A program made the position numbers and the translations under genes. The notes beneath the pieces are model-generated. The model did not search any database and was not told the origin of the DNA. It saw only the letters and a program-made list of their open reading frames with translations. A DNA stretch of 61,068 bases, counting the filler. It is 11 parts of 11 records of this genome, joined end to end, with 100 filler letters (N's around TTAATTAATTAA, not from the genome) between each part and the next. Parts side by side here need not be neighbours in the genome. Positions count along the whole stretch, not along the records: positions 28,673 to 33,901 come from SRR7504441_15915; positions 34,002 to 37,275 come from SRR7504441_15924; positions 37,376 to 45,794 come from SRR7504441_15929; 8 more parts are not named here. One strand, written 5' to 3'. Below, in pieces: positions 31,643 through 43,434 of the stretch. How positions within the stretch are numbered: the stretch's first letter is position 1; every line of letters starts with the position of its first letter.

Positions 31643-33901
31643 CTATGTCTGATTACTCAAGTTGTGTGCAACTAACGCCCGCCGTGTGTCTCGCAGTACG
31701 GCCTGCGACCAGCGCGCCTGCTGCGCCTGCCGCATTAGCCGCTGTGTTAACACCTCAGCCTGCCAGTTGAGAAGCCAGATGTATACTGTCCTCACAAGCC
31801 TCTTCTCGCTGCTATCAATCCAGATCTGGGCCATATGAATAACTCCCAAAACTCGCGCTAGTGCCAGCGTCTCTGGTACAGCCGGCATCCCTTTGCGCGC
31901 ATCCTGCACCAGCACCTCTGTCTGGTCATCCTCAGGGTCCGCGCGTCCGACCAGCTGGCGCAAGGTCCGGATCGCCAGTGTCTTGAGTGCCTTCTGGGCC
32001 TGCACGAGGTGGCAAAGCGAGGCGGCGTGGGCGCGCTCGAACTGTGGTGGCAGATCTGCGTGAGGCTGTAGCCACTGGTGCCGGCGAGCCTGACTCGCAC
32101 TCATCCGGTCATCCGGGTACGTCTTCAGCAGCTGTCGCAACAGGCCGACGAGCTCAGGGTCCGCGCTCTCACCAAGCTTGTCCTCGAGGCTAACCGAGCC
32201 TGGCTCACCCCAACTGACCAGCAGCCCGCTCTCTTGGTCATAGAACTTTGTCGCCTGTGTGGCCGTCTCGAACAGTCGCCCGTCGAGAGGCCCTAATACC
32301 TGCCGGCGGGTTAGACGGGAGCCCAGCGATCCCCAGCACACCTGGGTGATGGCTGCAACCATGTGTGCTTCATCCTTCCCCCCAAACAGAGGCTTGCCAC
32401 ATGCCAGTTCTGCAATCACACAGCCGGCGCTCCAGATGTCGATCGCTGTGCCATAACGACAGCCGAGTATCACTTCAGGCGAGCGGTAGAAGCGTGTCTG
32501 TATGTATATGAGCAGTCCGTCGGTGGTCGAAGCTGAGGTGTTGAAGTCGATCAGCTTGACTGCTGGTCCCTGCCCGCCCTGCCATTGTGCATTATCGACT
32601 AGTAGGATATTCTCCGGCTTGACGTCAGTGTGAATCACCCCAACCTGATGCAGGAACTCGAGCGCATCGAGCAGCTGCGCCCCCACCGCTCGCACTGTCT
32701 CGAGCGGCAGCCCCTTCCGGCCGCGTGGCGACTCTAGAATGTCGCACATCGACCGGCCAAGCTGCTCAAACACCAGGCAGCGGTGCCCTCGGAACCGAAA
32801 TTCCCTGATCAGTTGCACGAGAGGACGCTCGCCCAAAGGATCGTGCTTCTGGATCAGCCTGCAGGCTGAAAGCTCGAGCTCTGTCTGCTTCTCGCACTGG
32901 GAGTCAGCTCTGACCACCTTGATAACCACCATCCGATGCGCGGTCCCGGGCTCCGCCTTGCAATCGGCGCACAGCACCGCACGCGAGAATGCGCCCGAGC
33001 CGACTATCCCAATGATCTTGTAACGGTACTCGATATGATCGTTCGGGACGATCTTATAATGCGCCTCGTCCTCCTGCCAGCCACTCGGCGGCTGCTTTCG
33101 GGAAGCGTTCCCCACAAAGTGTACAGTCTCATAATCAAGAAGCTCGGCTTGCTCATGATCGGGCAGCGAATGCCCCCACTTCCGCAGGGCCATCGCGGCC
33201 GGCATCCCCGCAGACAAGCCGTCCTGCGGCAGCTCCTCGCGCATCGCCATGGTCAGCTCCTCCAGCTGGCTGCGCAGTGCGCTGTTCTGCTCGTTTGAAC
33301 GGGAGAGCTCGCTGCTCATTTGCTCCGAACTCTCAGCCTCAGCCTCGCTCTTCTGGCTAGCGAGCTGCCCCCACAAGTCAGCTCACAATAGCGGCGGGGG
33401 CGCACCATGCTCCGCTTCTGTAGCCGGCCAATCTCCTCGCGCAGTGCTTCCAGCTGCACTTGCGCCACCTTGCCCGCCCGGACCGTGGCCCGTTCCGCCG
33501 CCTGCTGGCTTGTTGCACCCGCCACGCGCATCGTAGTCCAGCAGGCCACAGCCCGGGCGCACTCAAGCCGCGCCCCGAGCATCACCGCCACCTGCAGACG
33601 CCACAGTCCCACCCTAGCCGGGCGAAGCTCATCGAGTGCGCCCGGTTTGAGACTAGCGTTGGCTCGCCAGGACGCGACTGCCCGCTCCCTCTCGGAGCCA
33701 CCTGCGGAGCACTGGACCAGATACCGGGCGAGCACGGCCCGGGCGATCAGCTGACTCTCGTACTCGAGCAGCTGGCTCTGGTCTCTTATCATCTGGGTCT
33801 GCTCCTCGATAGTCCGTCGGAGTAAACTATCTCTGTGGGACCTCACCCGATCAACCCATCGGGCAACTGCTCGGCCCGCCCCCGCCCACCGACCGCCCTG
33901 C
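31643..33901 (-). CDS. DYRK-family (CMGC) protein kinase with N-terminal coiled coil, 5'-partial
   Basis: DH-box-like DEAHY...DHIEYRY, GSGAFS, IHTDVKPENILL, YIQTRFYRSPEVILG, IDIWSAGC, LFGGKDE. Confidence 0.88.
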
Positions 33902-34350
33902 NNNNNNNNNNNNNNNNNNNNNNNNNNNNNNNNNNNNNNNNNNNNTTAATTAATTAANNNNNNNNNNNNNNNNNNNNNNNNNNNNNNNNNNNNNNNNNNN
34001 NTAGAGCCTCTCCCACGATCTAGACCTGATTCGGCCTCCACCACGCCTCTCGCCATCGCCGTGAGCCCCATGCATGATCATGATTCGTGTTAACAAAAAG
34101 ACAATAAAAAAAAGGCTTGTTGGCATCGAGCGGCCACATGATGCGGCGTCCCCTCAGGTGCTGAGCCCGGGGGGCACCGGCCGGCGCATCCAAGCCGGCG
34201 GCGCGCCGGATGGCGGACGACGGCGTCTGCACCGTGTTCTGCCCAGCCGAGAGCGCGGGCCCACCCCCCCGGCCGAGTGCAGCCGAGGCGCGCCACCCCT
34301 GCCGGGCCGATCTGACCTAAGCCCGGCCAGACCTCGCTAGCGCCCCCCCT

Positions 34351-36013
34351 ATGGGAGCCGAACTCGACTCGGTCCGGCTGCGGGCTGTGCGGAGGCCGAT
34401 TCGGAATCTTCCGCCGCCGGCATCACTGCCGGTGCCCACCCACGCGGCTGAATGCTTGCAACCGCGGGCTGAGCTCTGGGGGGCAGCGGGTGCGGAGTCC
34501 TGCTGTGCGACCACTGCAGCCGGTTCTGCGACATCCCGGCGGCGTTTGGCCGGAGCGACGATCCACCGGGGTCGCTGCGGGTGTGTCGGGGCTGCTGTGA
34601 TGTTAAATTTAATCTGCTGCACGCGGCGCGGGCCGGGCACGCCCAGAGAGTGAGGGTACTGATGAGCTGGGGCGTGGACTTGGGGCTGGACCGGCCGGTC
34701 GGCCAGAACGCCTTGCACCATGCCGCTTCCGACCGGGGACCGAAGGGCGTGTCGGCGGTGCACGCGAATAGCCGGCTGGTGCTAAGGAGCGCCAGGTGCG
34801 ATGCTTGTGTGAGCAGGGCTATCCGGAGGACACGCCGGATGCGGACGGGAAGCAGCCGCTCCACCTGGCGGCCCAGGCGGGGCATATAGGTGCCTGCCGG
34901 CTGCTGCCGGGCTGAGCAAACGGCAGATGCCATTAGAGTGCTGCTGCATAATGGAGCGGATCTTGCGGCTGTAACGGAACACGAGGGCCAGACGGCGCTG
35001 CACTTGGCGGCCCTGAACGGACACATGCACCTGTCCCAGTATCTGGTCAACACCCGTGCGTGCGTGAACGTGAGGGACGCCGAAGGGAACACGCCGCTCC
35101 ATTTCGCCGTCAGGAAGGCGCCCCGCCGCCCTGCGGTCCAGGCTTACCCCTCCGGCAGCGGCTGGCGCCGTTGGTGCTGTTTCTAGTGCAGAGCGGAGCC
35201 GAGACCACGCTCGAGAACTCGGCTGGCCGCACCCCGGGCCTGCTCAATCAGCTGCTCGCAGAAAGCGCCCCGGGCCGGTGGGCCCCCCGCTGCACATCCG
35301 TGCTCAAGCCGTCGCCCAGGTTCCAAGACTCGCCGTATAGCAGCGCCGAGCTGCTCACCTGCGATTTCAGCGCCGAGCCGTTTGAGCAGAGCGCAGCAGA
35401 CGGGTCGGATCGGCGTGGCCGGGCAATCGCCTCAGCACTCGCACACCCGGCTGGTAGCAGCCTGTGCTGGCAGCGGTTGAGTGGTCGCAGGCCGGATTAG
35501 CGAAATGCACACGCCCACTGGGACGATGCTCGGCCGGCTCTCCGGGCACAGAGCTGGTGATAAGCACGTGCAGCTCGGGACGCCTGGCGGTACATTTCGG
35601 GAATCGCTGCATTACGATCCTGAGCGGTCAGCCTGCGGGCCCGGGCTCGGGCTCACCTGGTGGAGCAGCTCGGCGGCCTCGATTTACCACCAGCCTCTGC
35701 TCTCGGAGTCGACGCCGTCTTCGCTCTCGAGCTACGACTCTCACTTGGTGAGGGTTTGGGCAGCTGCAGGCTGATGGCCGGGCAGCGGGCGGCCAGTCCG
35801 ACAGGCTCGCGGGCCTGGCGGCAACACAACCGGCGGCACGACTCGATGTACTCGCACTCGTCCACTGAGCGGCCGGCTAGCCCGCTTACCAGCCCTAATT
35901 CTCCCGAGCTGTCCGGCGCCATGTTTGAGACTCCACAAGAGCTGGTAGAGGAAGACCCGGATGCCGACCGCCGGAGCGACTTAGACTTGGGCCGGGCGTC
36001 GTTGCCGGACTGA
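34351..36013 (+). CDS. Ankyrin-repeat protein, multi-exon (ends uncertain)
   Basis: GQNALHHAA, GKQPLHLAA, GQTALHLAALNGH, GNTPLHFAV, GRTP; GC-AG intron 35118-35158. Confidence 0.78.
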
Positions 36014-36467
36014 TGCTGGATGGGTCCGAGCGCACTGAGGCATGGCGCCGGACACACGAGCCAGTGGCTGTTTCAGCTGTGATTATACAACTTAATTAAT
36101 GTACGACGTTATGTCGTTCACGATTTAATTCAATAGAATCATAATTATCAAGCACGCATTGGCACGCACAGATATGGACGGTGAGGGCTCATTGGCGGTC
36201 AGACTTGTCCACGGTAGTGCGACCCGTGGCTCAGGTACGCGGGTACGGTACGGTCTAAAGACGGTACGTATTTATCTAATTGTGCATCATCGGTGCCAGC
36301 GCCTGACTAGTACGTTAATTAATTATGCCTCCAAACCTCTCTCTCTCTCTCTGTTTCCTCCTTTTCATTCGTTCCTCTATGGCGCTTCATCCCCAGCGAT
36401 GTCGACCTTGTCCGACAAAGCAATGTTGAGGAGCAAGGTGTCGGGTTGGGAGATCCTATCAACGGTA

Positions 36468-37275
36468 TCAAACCAGTACAGATTGGTGCTTTAGAGGAGG
36501 GTAGGCGGTTGCCGGCGGGCCGAGCGGGAGGCCGGCCGCGCCCACGTTCGCCAGCGCCTGGTGCAGCGGCGTCGGTGCGAAATAAAACGGGTCGATGGGC
36601 TCAGTCGGCGGGCATTCTTCCGGGCCAGGCTGGTGCTCCTCCACCTTGATGTCAGCAGAGTTGACCTCGCCGGATAGACTCTCCAGCTCAGTTACCCGTC
36701 TCTCGAGAGACCGCACCAGCTGCCTCAGCTCAGCACATCCAGCGCACTCCCTCGGCCCGTCACAGGCCGTGCTCTTCTTCTGCCGCTTCTGCCCAGCCAG
36801 CATTGCATTCAAATTCTTGCACATTTTAATGCATTCGCCGCGCGACCCGGCCAGTACGAACCGCTCTCTATCCAGGTTGTGCTCGACTGTTTCGCCATCG
36901 GTGTACGCGATGCCATGCTCCTCGAGCTGCACGTCGTAAGACTGGACCACTCCAGAGAACCACTCGCCTTCGGGCACATCCTCCTTTAGGAACCACACAT
37001 TGAGCCAGCTCCCCACGCTCACCTCGTCGGCCCCACACGGGTTCCGAGGCCCCATCATCCGGGCTTGCTTCGCCACCGCAGCGCTCACCATGTCTGATTT
37101 CCGCCGGCGCTCGGACACGGCGCTCCAGTCGGGCTTGCGCTTTACTCTCTTCGGTTCGCTTATTATTTCGCTTCGCTCTGGACGGCGCCGGCCGGCGCGG
37201 GTCGCTTTAGCGAACACCATCACGGCTTCCTCCGGGGTGTCAAAGTAGCCCAGCAGCCCAGTGCACCCACCGGAG
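36468..37275 (-). CDS. AP2-like domain fragment + Tudor domain + short coiled coil, 5'-partial
   Basis: LGYFDTPEEA (AP2 C-terminal motif) at the contig edge; VGSWLNVWF...WFSGVVQSYD...HGIAYTDGE is Tudor. Confidence 0.7.
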
Positions 37276-37375
37276 NNNNNNNNNNNNNNNNNNNNNNNNN
37301 NNNNNNNNNNNNNNNNNNNTTAATTAATTAANNNNNNNNNNNNNNNNNNNNNNNNNNNNNNNNNNNNNNNNNNNN

Positions 37376-39184
37376 TTCATCCTTTTCTCGCCTTTCTGGG
37401 CCGAGCTCGAGTCTGATTCGCCTGCAATGGCCGAGGCTCGCAACCACACTGTGGCCAACCTCTCAGCGGTCCGGCCACCGATTGACGTGCTCGGGATGCT
37501 CCAGCGGGCGGTGTCCGACCGATCCAGCGTGCTGGTGGTGCCGTGGCTGGTTGAGCTGCTCAAGATGCAGCGGGACTCTACCAGTCGGGCTGCACACTAC
37601 TGGCAGCTGCTGTACGACCAGCTGAGGGAGCTGTACCACGCCACGCTCACCCAGGTGCAGACCGTAGACCGGCAGATGCTCTCGGCGGTCCCACTGGTGG
37701 TGCTCTCCGAGATCGAGGCCTTGTTTGAGTTCCTCAACTTGCCTCTGCAGCTGGCTCCGCCTGCCCCGGCCTCAGCTGAGCCGACTCCCACCAAGCCGCC
37801 CGCCCCACACGCCACTCAGTCACAGAGCCCGCCCGCCGGCGACCTGGGCAGCCCGAGCAAGCCGGAGGCTGGGCCGGACCAGGACACCCAGCTGGTGGGC
37901 GAGCTGTACATCGAGTACTGCTCGCCTTTCCTGGACGAACTCCGCGCCGTGCTCACTCGGAGCGCCCCAGTCAAGCCGCCGTCGGCCAGGGTGCGCCCTC
38001 AAGGGGTTGAGTCGCGCAGTCCAGCGGCCGACAAGCAGCGCCGGGCGCAGCAGCGGCTGCTGCAGCGGGTGCTGGCCCAGCAGCCCCAGCTCCGCAGGTT
38101 GGTAGACTTTGTGACCGAGTCTTGTGCAGAGAACGCTGCAGCCGGGAGTTCGCTCGTGGTGGACCGGCTTGTGACTGGGATGGTGCACAGGCTAAGGTTC
38201 GTCGAGCGGATGGCGGCCGGCGGTCTGCTCCAAGCCGGGCTTGGCCAAGCTACCCTCGATCAGCTGGCGGTGGCTGGCCAGCTCTGCCTCACCCAACTAG
38301 CCGGGGCACACGCAGCCGCCGAGAGTCGGAGTCGTATCGAGGCAGCCGTTCTGCTGCTGGCGCCGCCGCATACAGCCGAGCAGCTGGTGAAGGTGGTGAG
38401 TGGCGTGGCGGTGCAAGTGAGTGGGGCAGCAGTGCACGGGCGAGTGCAGGCACTGACTGGCCAAGCAGTCCGGGTGCAGCTGCTGCCAGCGATCAAGAAA
38501 ATGTCTAGAGCCCGCCGAACAGACGAGGGCCAGCCGGTGCCGGGGATGGCTGCGTTGGCTGAGGCTGCAGTCTGGCTGCACACTGACTGCCTGGAGCGGC
38601 TTGCTAGCCAGCGGCCGATGGAGGAACCAGCCAGGCTGACGGCCGCGCTGTCCGGACTAACCGAGGGCGAGCGGTGCTGCTGGCTTCTGGATGAGGTTGG
38701 GCTGCAGGCAGTATGGTGCTGGCCGCTGCCCGTGGAGGCCATGCTGCAGCCGCCTGAGCCGCGGTCAGACTGGAGCGAACTACTCGACCGGCTGCTCGAC
38801 AGCTGGCGGAGGCTGGGGGGCGGCGAGTCGCTGCTCGAGCTGATCAAGCTACACAGCGCGGCCCAGATGGCGCTGTATGGCAAGCCCGAGCTGGCGAGTG
38901 CTGGGCTGGTCGGATGGGCCGGGTTGAGCCTGCGGGTGCTCCGGGAGGGGCTGGTGCCGGTGGGGCGGCTGCTGGAGGCCTGGATGGCGGTGCTCGAGCG
39001 GTCCGCTGTAGCCGAGTGCGCCTGGCAGAGGGAACAGCCGGTCCGCGCAGTCGAGTGGATGCTCAATAGGCTGATGGCCCAGCAGGAGCACAGACTGGCC
39101 GGGCTGTGGCTGGCGGGCGAACTGCTCCGGTGCAGCGAGGCCCAGGGGCTGCAGGTGCGATTGCCCGCAGCCGATGTGCTCTGA
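37376..39184 (+). CDS. CDAN1: Codanin-1-like protein, 5'-partial
   Basis: PPIDV...VLVVPWLVELL, YCSPFLDELR and QQPQLRRLVDFVTE resemble conserved codanin-1 blocks. Confidence 0.75.
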   Translation, partial: FILFSPFWAELESDSPAMAEARNHTVANLSAVRPPIDVLGMLQRAVSDRSSVLVVPWLVELLKMQRDSTSRAAHYWQLLYDQLRELYHATLTQVQTVDRQMLSAVPLVVLSEIEALFEFLNLPLQLAPPAPASAEPTPTKPPAPHATQSQSPPAGDLGSPSKPEAGPDQDTQLVGELYIEYCSPFLDELRAVLTRSAPVKPPSARVRPQGVESRSPAADKQRRAQQRLLQRVLAQQPQLRRLVDFVTESCAENAAAGSSLVVDRLVTGMVHRLRFVERMAAGGLLQAGLGQATLDQLAVAGQLCLTQLAGAHAAAESRSRIEAAVLLLAPPHTAEQLVKVVSGVAVQVSGAAVHGRVQALTGQAVRVQLLPAIKKMSRARRTDEGQPVPGMAALAEAAVWLHTDCLERLASQRPMEEPARLTAALSGLTEGERCCWLLDEVGLQAVWCWPLPVEAMLQPPEPRSDWSELLDRLLDSWRRLGGGESLLELIKLHSAAQMALYGKPELASAGLVGWAGLSLRVLREGLVPVGRLLEAWMAVLERSAVAECAWQREQPVRAVEWMLNRLMAQQEHRLAGLWLAGELLRCSEAQGLQVRLPAADVL

Positions 39185-39636
39185 GCCGAAACAGCAGAAC
39201 CTTTCAACATTAATTTTAACACAACATTTACAAGTTTTTAGTTTTGTGCAAGCTGAGTGAATATTGAATGCGTTGAGGTGTATGAGATAACTATCTAGTT
39301 CAAGCGTGGGCACGTTTCTGCGTACTTAGGAGAGAGTGTGGGGCAGGGATAGCCAAGACCCCACCAGCCGGAGCCGGAGGCACAGCCGGAGCCGGACCCT
39401 CGGCTAGGCCAGGCACGCAGAATCGGGAAGTAGGATCCAAAGTGCTAGGATGTCGCCGAAGGGCCCCTTGTGACCCGCGCACCGCTCGTTGCCGTCGCGC
39501 GCACCATGAAATGCTTTATTTTCACTATTTATATTTTACCATGGAAGCTATAGTACGAGTAAGATGCGATATGCACGATGAAACAGACTATCGGATCTTA
39601 GAACGACCGAGTCAGAACGTGAAACAATCGGGCCAC

Positions 39637-40204
39637 TCAAGCGTGCACATCGGTCGCGTCAACAGCCATAGCCTCATAAAGCACGTCCAACGAGCCGTCG
39701 ATTGTTGCAAGCCAATCGGGGTCGTCGGCATCCAGAACGAATCCTTCAGCGCTCTTCACAAGCCCAAGCCACTTCATGCACTGCCCCACACCGATCAGCC
39801 CGGGGCACACCCTGGATGGAGTACCTGAAGCGCCAAGTCACCGTGCAACTCTACGATGTGCTCGACACGTTCAGTGTGACACTCGACCGCTTTGGTAAGG
39901 GCCATACCGCTGGAACTTCAGGGCGCGCCAGCCGTACCACGAGTCGAGCTTCGGCGCACCATCCAGCTCGGCAATGCTGCACTCCATCGCGGCCCAGTGC
40001 GGCCGGCTCAAGCATCTGATCACCGATGGGTTCCCGGCGAGGCCGGGCATGAGCTGGCCGTGGCGCTGGCTCAAGGCTGCCCCTTTCTTGTAACCCTCTC
40101 CCGAGCGGGCCACACCCGCCCTTACACGAGTCTTCCCCGACTCCGTACATTATGCACAACACGTGGTCCCAGAGCGGGCTGTCGCCTCCGGCCGCCATGA
40201 ACAT
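39637..40204 (-). CDS. Possible small multi-exon hypothetical gene
   Basis: GC-rich island between AT-rich spacers with protein-like minus-strand frames (...MKWLGLVKSAEGFVLDADDPDWLATIDG...). Exon structure not resolved. Confidence 0.3.
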
Positions 40205-40510
40205 CGCTCGTGCAGTTATTTTCTGTATACTTGTACAGGTAGAGTCTACTATTAAACAACTAGCAACGCCCTGCCCTGCCGTGTGTACTGTACTTGACTA
40301 TACTAAATACCGGTATGCTTATAGGTCTACTCTTGATCGGCCCCAATATCTTTGTCAAAACCGATTTCACAAGAGTTCCAAGGCGGACTCGGCAGTTCCG
40401 GCCTTGTCGGACCCCCCGGAAAGTTCTTGGATTATATTCATTGAGACGGGACTGATGAGAGACAAGTACGAGTATAATTATTCTAGTACCATGACAATCA
40501 GTTTGCACGC

Positions 40511-41872
40511 TCACACGCCGTTCATGTGATGCTTCTTGCCGTTCATGTCCTCGTTGGCCTGCTGCTGCAGTCTCTGGATCCGCGGCCCGAACACCAAGAA
40601 CCAGCCGCATCCATACACGGCGCATATCGCACAGAGTAGCTCGAACCCATCAAACCCAGTGGCCTCGCCCAGCCAGTCGGCCGCCTTCAGGCAGATGGTG
40701 GCGCTCAGACTGTTGCCCAGGTTGTGTATGGTATTGAGCAGCGTCATGGAGGTGCCCCCGAGCTTCTTGTCGCTCACTCGGGCGAAGAACGCCATGAACG
40801 CCACAAACATCCCGGTAGAGAGGAACCCTTGCACCAAGGTCAGCCCGAGCACAGCCCCGTACACAGAGCTCGGGGTCGGGCTCGGGATCGTGCCCAGGCT
40901 CCGGAGGTAGATCCCCACCAGCACTGTGAGCGCCGTGCGGGGCAGATAGAGCAGCCACACGAGCTGGAGAGGGCGGGCGCCTGACGTGATGGAGCTGAGC
41001 AGCCAGGGCAAGAGCAGGTCCACAGGCACGGTGAGCATCTTGATGCTCGCGATCGACTCCTTGGGGAACCCGGCGTCCTGCAGCCGGCCAGCTGCCAGCA
41101 CGTCGGCCGGTTGGAAGGCGAACGATCTGCTCACCAGCACCAGCCCGAGCAGCTGAAAGGTCGGCCGGCTGATCAGCTGGCGCATCCCGTCATAGGCCTG
41201 CGCCACCCCCTCGAGCTGCTCGTCCGGCCTGGTGCTGGCCTCCCGTTTGAACAGGAGCAGGCAGACTGTGGTGGCCAGGAAGCAGATGCCTGCCCCAAAC
41301 ACAAAGTCCTCGAGCGAGACCAGGCCAGAGAGCGGCAGCAGGAACGAGCTGATGAATCCCAACGTCTGGCCTATCGCGTTGCAGGTGGACGCGTACTGGG
41401 CGTTCTCCGGTCGGAGCATCGTGAGCCCCCAGCCGTCCACGGCGATGTCCTGGGTGGCCGCTAGGAAGTAGAGCGCGAAGAAGCACATGGTGAGGGTCTG
41501 GACGTCCTTGGCTTCAAACAGCGGCTCCAGGATCTGGGAGAGCAGCACCAGGATCATGCCCATCGCCAGCTGGGCCGGCACGATCCAGCTCTTCCGGCGG
41601 CCGGCCCGCTCGACGTAGCTGGAGTCTACGATCGGGGCCCAGAGCAGCTTGAGAGAGAAAGGCCAGCTGGCGATAGAGAGGGTGCCCATCGCCGAGAATG
41701 AGCCCTTGAACAGTTCCTTGACCTGCATGCTCAGCGCGGCGAACAGCCCCATTGGGACTCCTTGCAGCGTGTACAGCGCCAGCAGCCAACCGATGCTCGC
41801 CCACTCGCCCGCTAGGTTGGGCTGTCGGGCCTCCCCCCGGGCTTCCAACGAGGCACGGCATCGATACACCAT
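40511..41872 (-). CDS. SLC33A1: Acetyl-CoA transporter 1 (MFS, AT-1/AmpG family)
   Basis: LYTLQGVPMGL, WPFSLKLLWAPIVDS, GRRKSWIVP, ATQDIAVDGW, YASTCNAIGQ, GGTSMTLLNT. Confidence 0.9.
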   Translation of the reverse strand: MVYRCRASLEARGEARQPNLAGEWASIGWLLALYTLQGVPMGLFAALSMQVKELFKGSFSAMGTLSIASWPFSLKLLWAPIVDSSYVERAGRRKSWIVPAQLAMGMILVLLSQILEPLFEAKDVQTLTMCFFALYFLAATQDIAVDGWGLTMLRPENAQYASTCNAIGQTLGFISSFLLPLSGLVSLEDFVFGAGICFLATTVCLLLFKREASTRPDEQLEGVAQAYDGMRQLISRPTFQLLGLVLVSRSFAFQPADVLAAGRLQDAGFPKESIASIKMLTVPVDLLLPWLLSSITSGARPLQLVWLLYLPRTALTVLVGIYLRSLGTIPSPTPSSVYGAVLGLTLVQGFLSTGMFVAFMAFFARVSDKKLGGTSMTLLNTIHNLGNSLSATICLKAADWLGEATGFDGFELLCAICAVYGCGWFLVFGPRIQRLQQQANEDMNGKKHHMNGV

Positions 41873-42011
41873 CCGGCTCCCTCGATCCGGCTGCACCGGC
41901 TCCCGCGAACGCTGCTGGGCACGCGGACGGGTCTCGCGAGGCTTCGGCTCGAGCGACTCGAGAAACGGCCGACGCCGGCGCAACCGAACGGTCCTCACCC
42001 AGCGCTCTCCA

Positions 42012-43310
42012 ATGCTGCGCTCGCGGGCTCTCCTGGCGCTGGGCGCCCTCCAGTGCGCGGCGGGGCTCTCCTGGCTGCCGCTGCTCGACCTGTCCGGCCG
42101 AGCGCGCTCGGGGCCGCCGATGCCCTCCCAGTTCACGACCTCCGTGGTGATCGCCACACTGACCGACGGCAAGCCCCAGCCGGCGACCGTGGGCGGGGCG
42201 ACCTCCAACCTGACCCGCTGGGTATTCGACCAGGCAACCGGCCGCTCGGTCCAGTCCCTCCAGAGCAAAAGCCAGTTCGCGCCGGCCGCGTACGCCGGCC
42301 GGCCGAGCGAGTGGTTCAACACGAGCACGTGGAACCTGAACGGCACCGGGTTGCTGGTGCTAAACCAGGCCTGCCTGCACGATCCCGTGCTCGACCAGCC
42401 ATTTCGGAACCCGCTAGGTTGGGCCGCATACGCCACCGACGCTGGGCGGTGTCTGCGGAGCCCGGCTGCGGGCTGCACTCGCTGGTTGTTCAACAGCACC
42501 AGCGGCCAGTATGCAGTGAGCTACGAGCTCGAGGCCCGGGCCGACGGCACCCCACTGTACATGTTGATGAATGTCCGTTGCTTGCACCCCGGGAGCTGCA
42601 GCCCTTACTTCAAGGTTAACTACACCCAGCAGTATTTCTTCCGAGCTGATTTCAGGCCGACAGTGGACGAGGGCAGCTGGCCGGCACTCAACATAACTAG
42701 CTGCAGCCACCCGCCCACCTGCCCGGCCGGAGAAAGCATGGACCAGCCGATCAACATGTCGATGTACATTTTCCATCCGGCGCACAATTTCAATATTTCC
42801 GGACAGGATCTAGGGGACATCGCGGGTGACACGTTCTTCATGTGCGAGGATCTGCTGCAAGGCCGGCCGAGCACCCAGGACCATGGGTACGGCTGGGTGA
42901 GCCAGTGGAAGATCCAACTGCTCCCCACGTGGGGCCAGTACCGCAACTGCAATGGGTACCCGCCGCTCTGCCTCGGCGCCAACAAGTTTTACGTCGGGCG
43001 CGAGGCCGCGCTCAATCTGGGCTACCCGGACTCCGGCCAGTGCACTGCCAATGAGCTTACGGGCAGCTGGTACTCGCTGCCAGCTGAGGGCGAGTGCCCT
43101 GCTGGTGTGCAGCCTAGGGCTGGGCTGTGTTCATGGCGGATCCTGGAGAGAGTCAAGACCGTGGACAGCCTGTGCATGACACGGACCCACCAGATGCGCA
43201 CAAAGTGCGCCCAGGAGCGCCGGGCGCCCTTCCAGGCTGCCACGCGAGTGTTTGAGGCTGCGTTCAAGTCGGAGAACACCAGCGCAGGAGGGTGCCCGGC
43301 CATCAACTAG
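42012..43310 (+). CDS. Secreted Cys-rich protein of unknown function
   Basis: Signal peptide, intact ORF, many N-x-S/T sequons, C-terminal block WGQYRNCNG...GSWYSLPAEGEC...CSWR. Confidence 0.7.
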   Translation: MLRSRALLALGALQCAAGLSWLPLLDLSGRARSGPPMPSQFTTSVVIATLTDGKPQPATVGGATSNLTRWVFDQATGRSVQSLQSKSQFAPAAYAGRPSEWFNTSTWNLNGTGLLVLNQACLHDPVLDQPFRNPLGWAAYATDAGRCLRSPAAGCTRWLFNSTSGQYAVSYELEARADGTPLYMLMNVRCLHPGSCSPYFKVNYTQQYFFRADFRPTVDEGSWPALNITSCSHPPTCPAGESMDQPINMSMYIFHPAHNFNISGQDLGDIAGDTFFMCEDLLQGRPSTQDHGYGWVSQWKIQLLPTWGQYRNCNGYPPLCLGANKFYVGREAALNLGYPDSGQCTANELTGSWYSLPAEGECPAGVQPRAGLCSWRILERVKTVDSLCMTRTHQMRTKCAQERRAPFQAATRVFEAAFKSENTSAGGCPAIN

Positions 43311-43434
43311 CGGCCCTGACTGTACATGGGATGTGTTTTTGATTAGTATCATTATAAATCGGATTATAATTATCGCCGTCGCCTTGTGTACAATTGAATT
43401 ATAGCTATATGCGTGGTCCTGTGGTGCAAAGTAG

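Noticed and set aside
36337..36352. (CT)n microsatellite
   Set aside because: Ordinary simple repeat.
40511..43310. Apparent 850-bp antisense overlap of the 662-aa and 553-aa ORFs
   Set aside because: Both ORF calls are extended from alternative codons. The supported ATGs are 41872(-) and 42012(+), which do not overlap.
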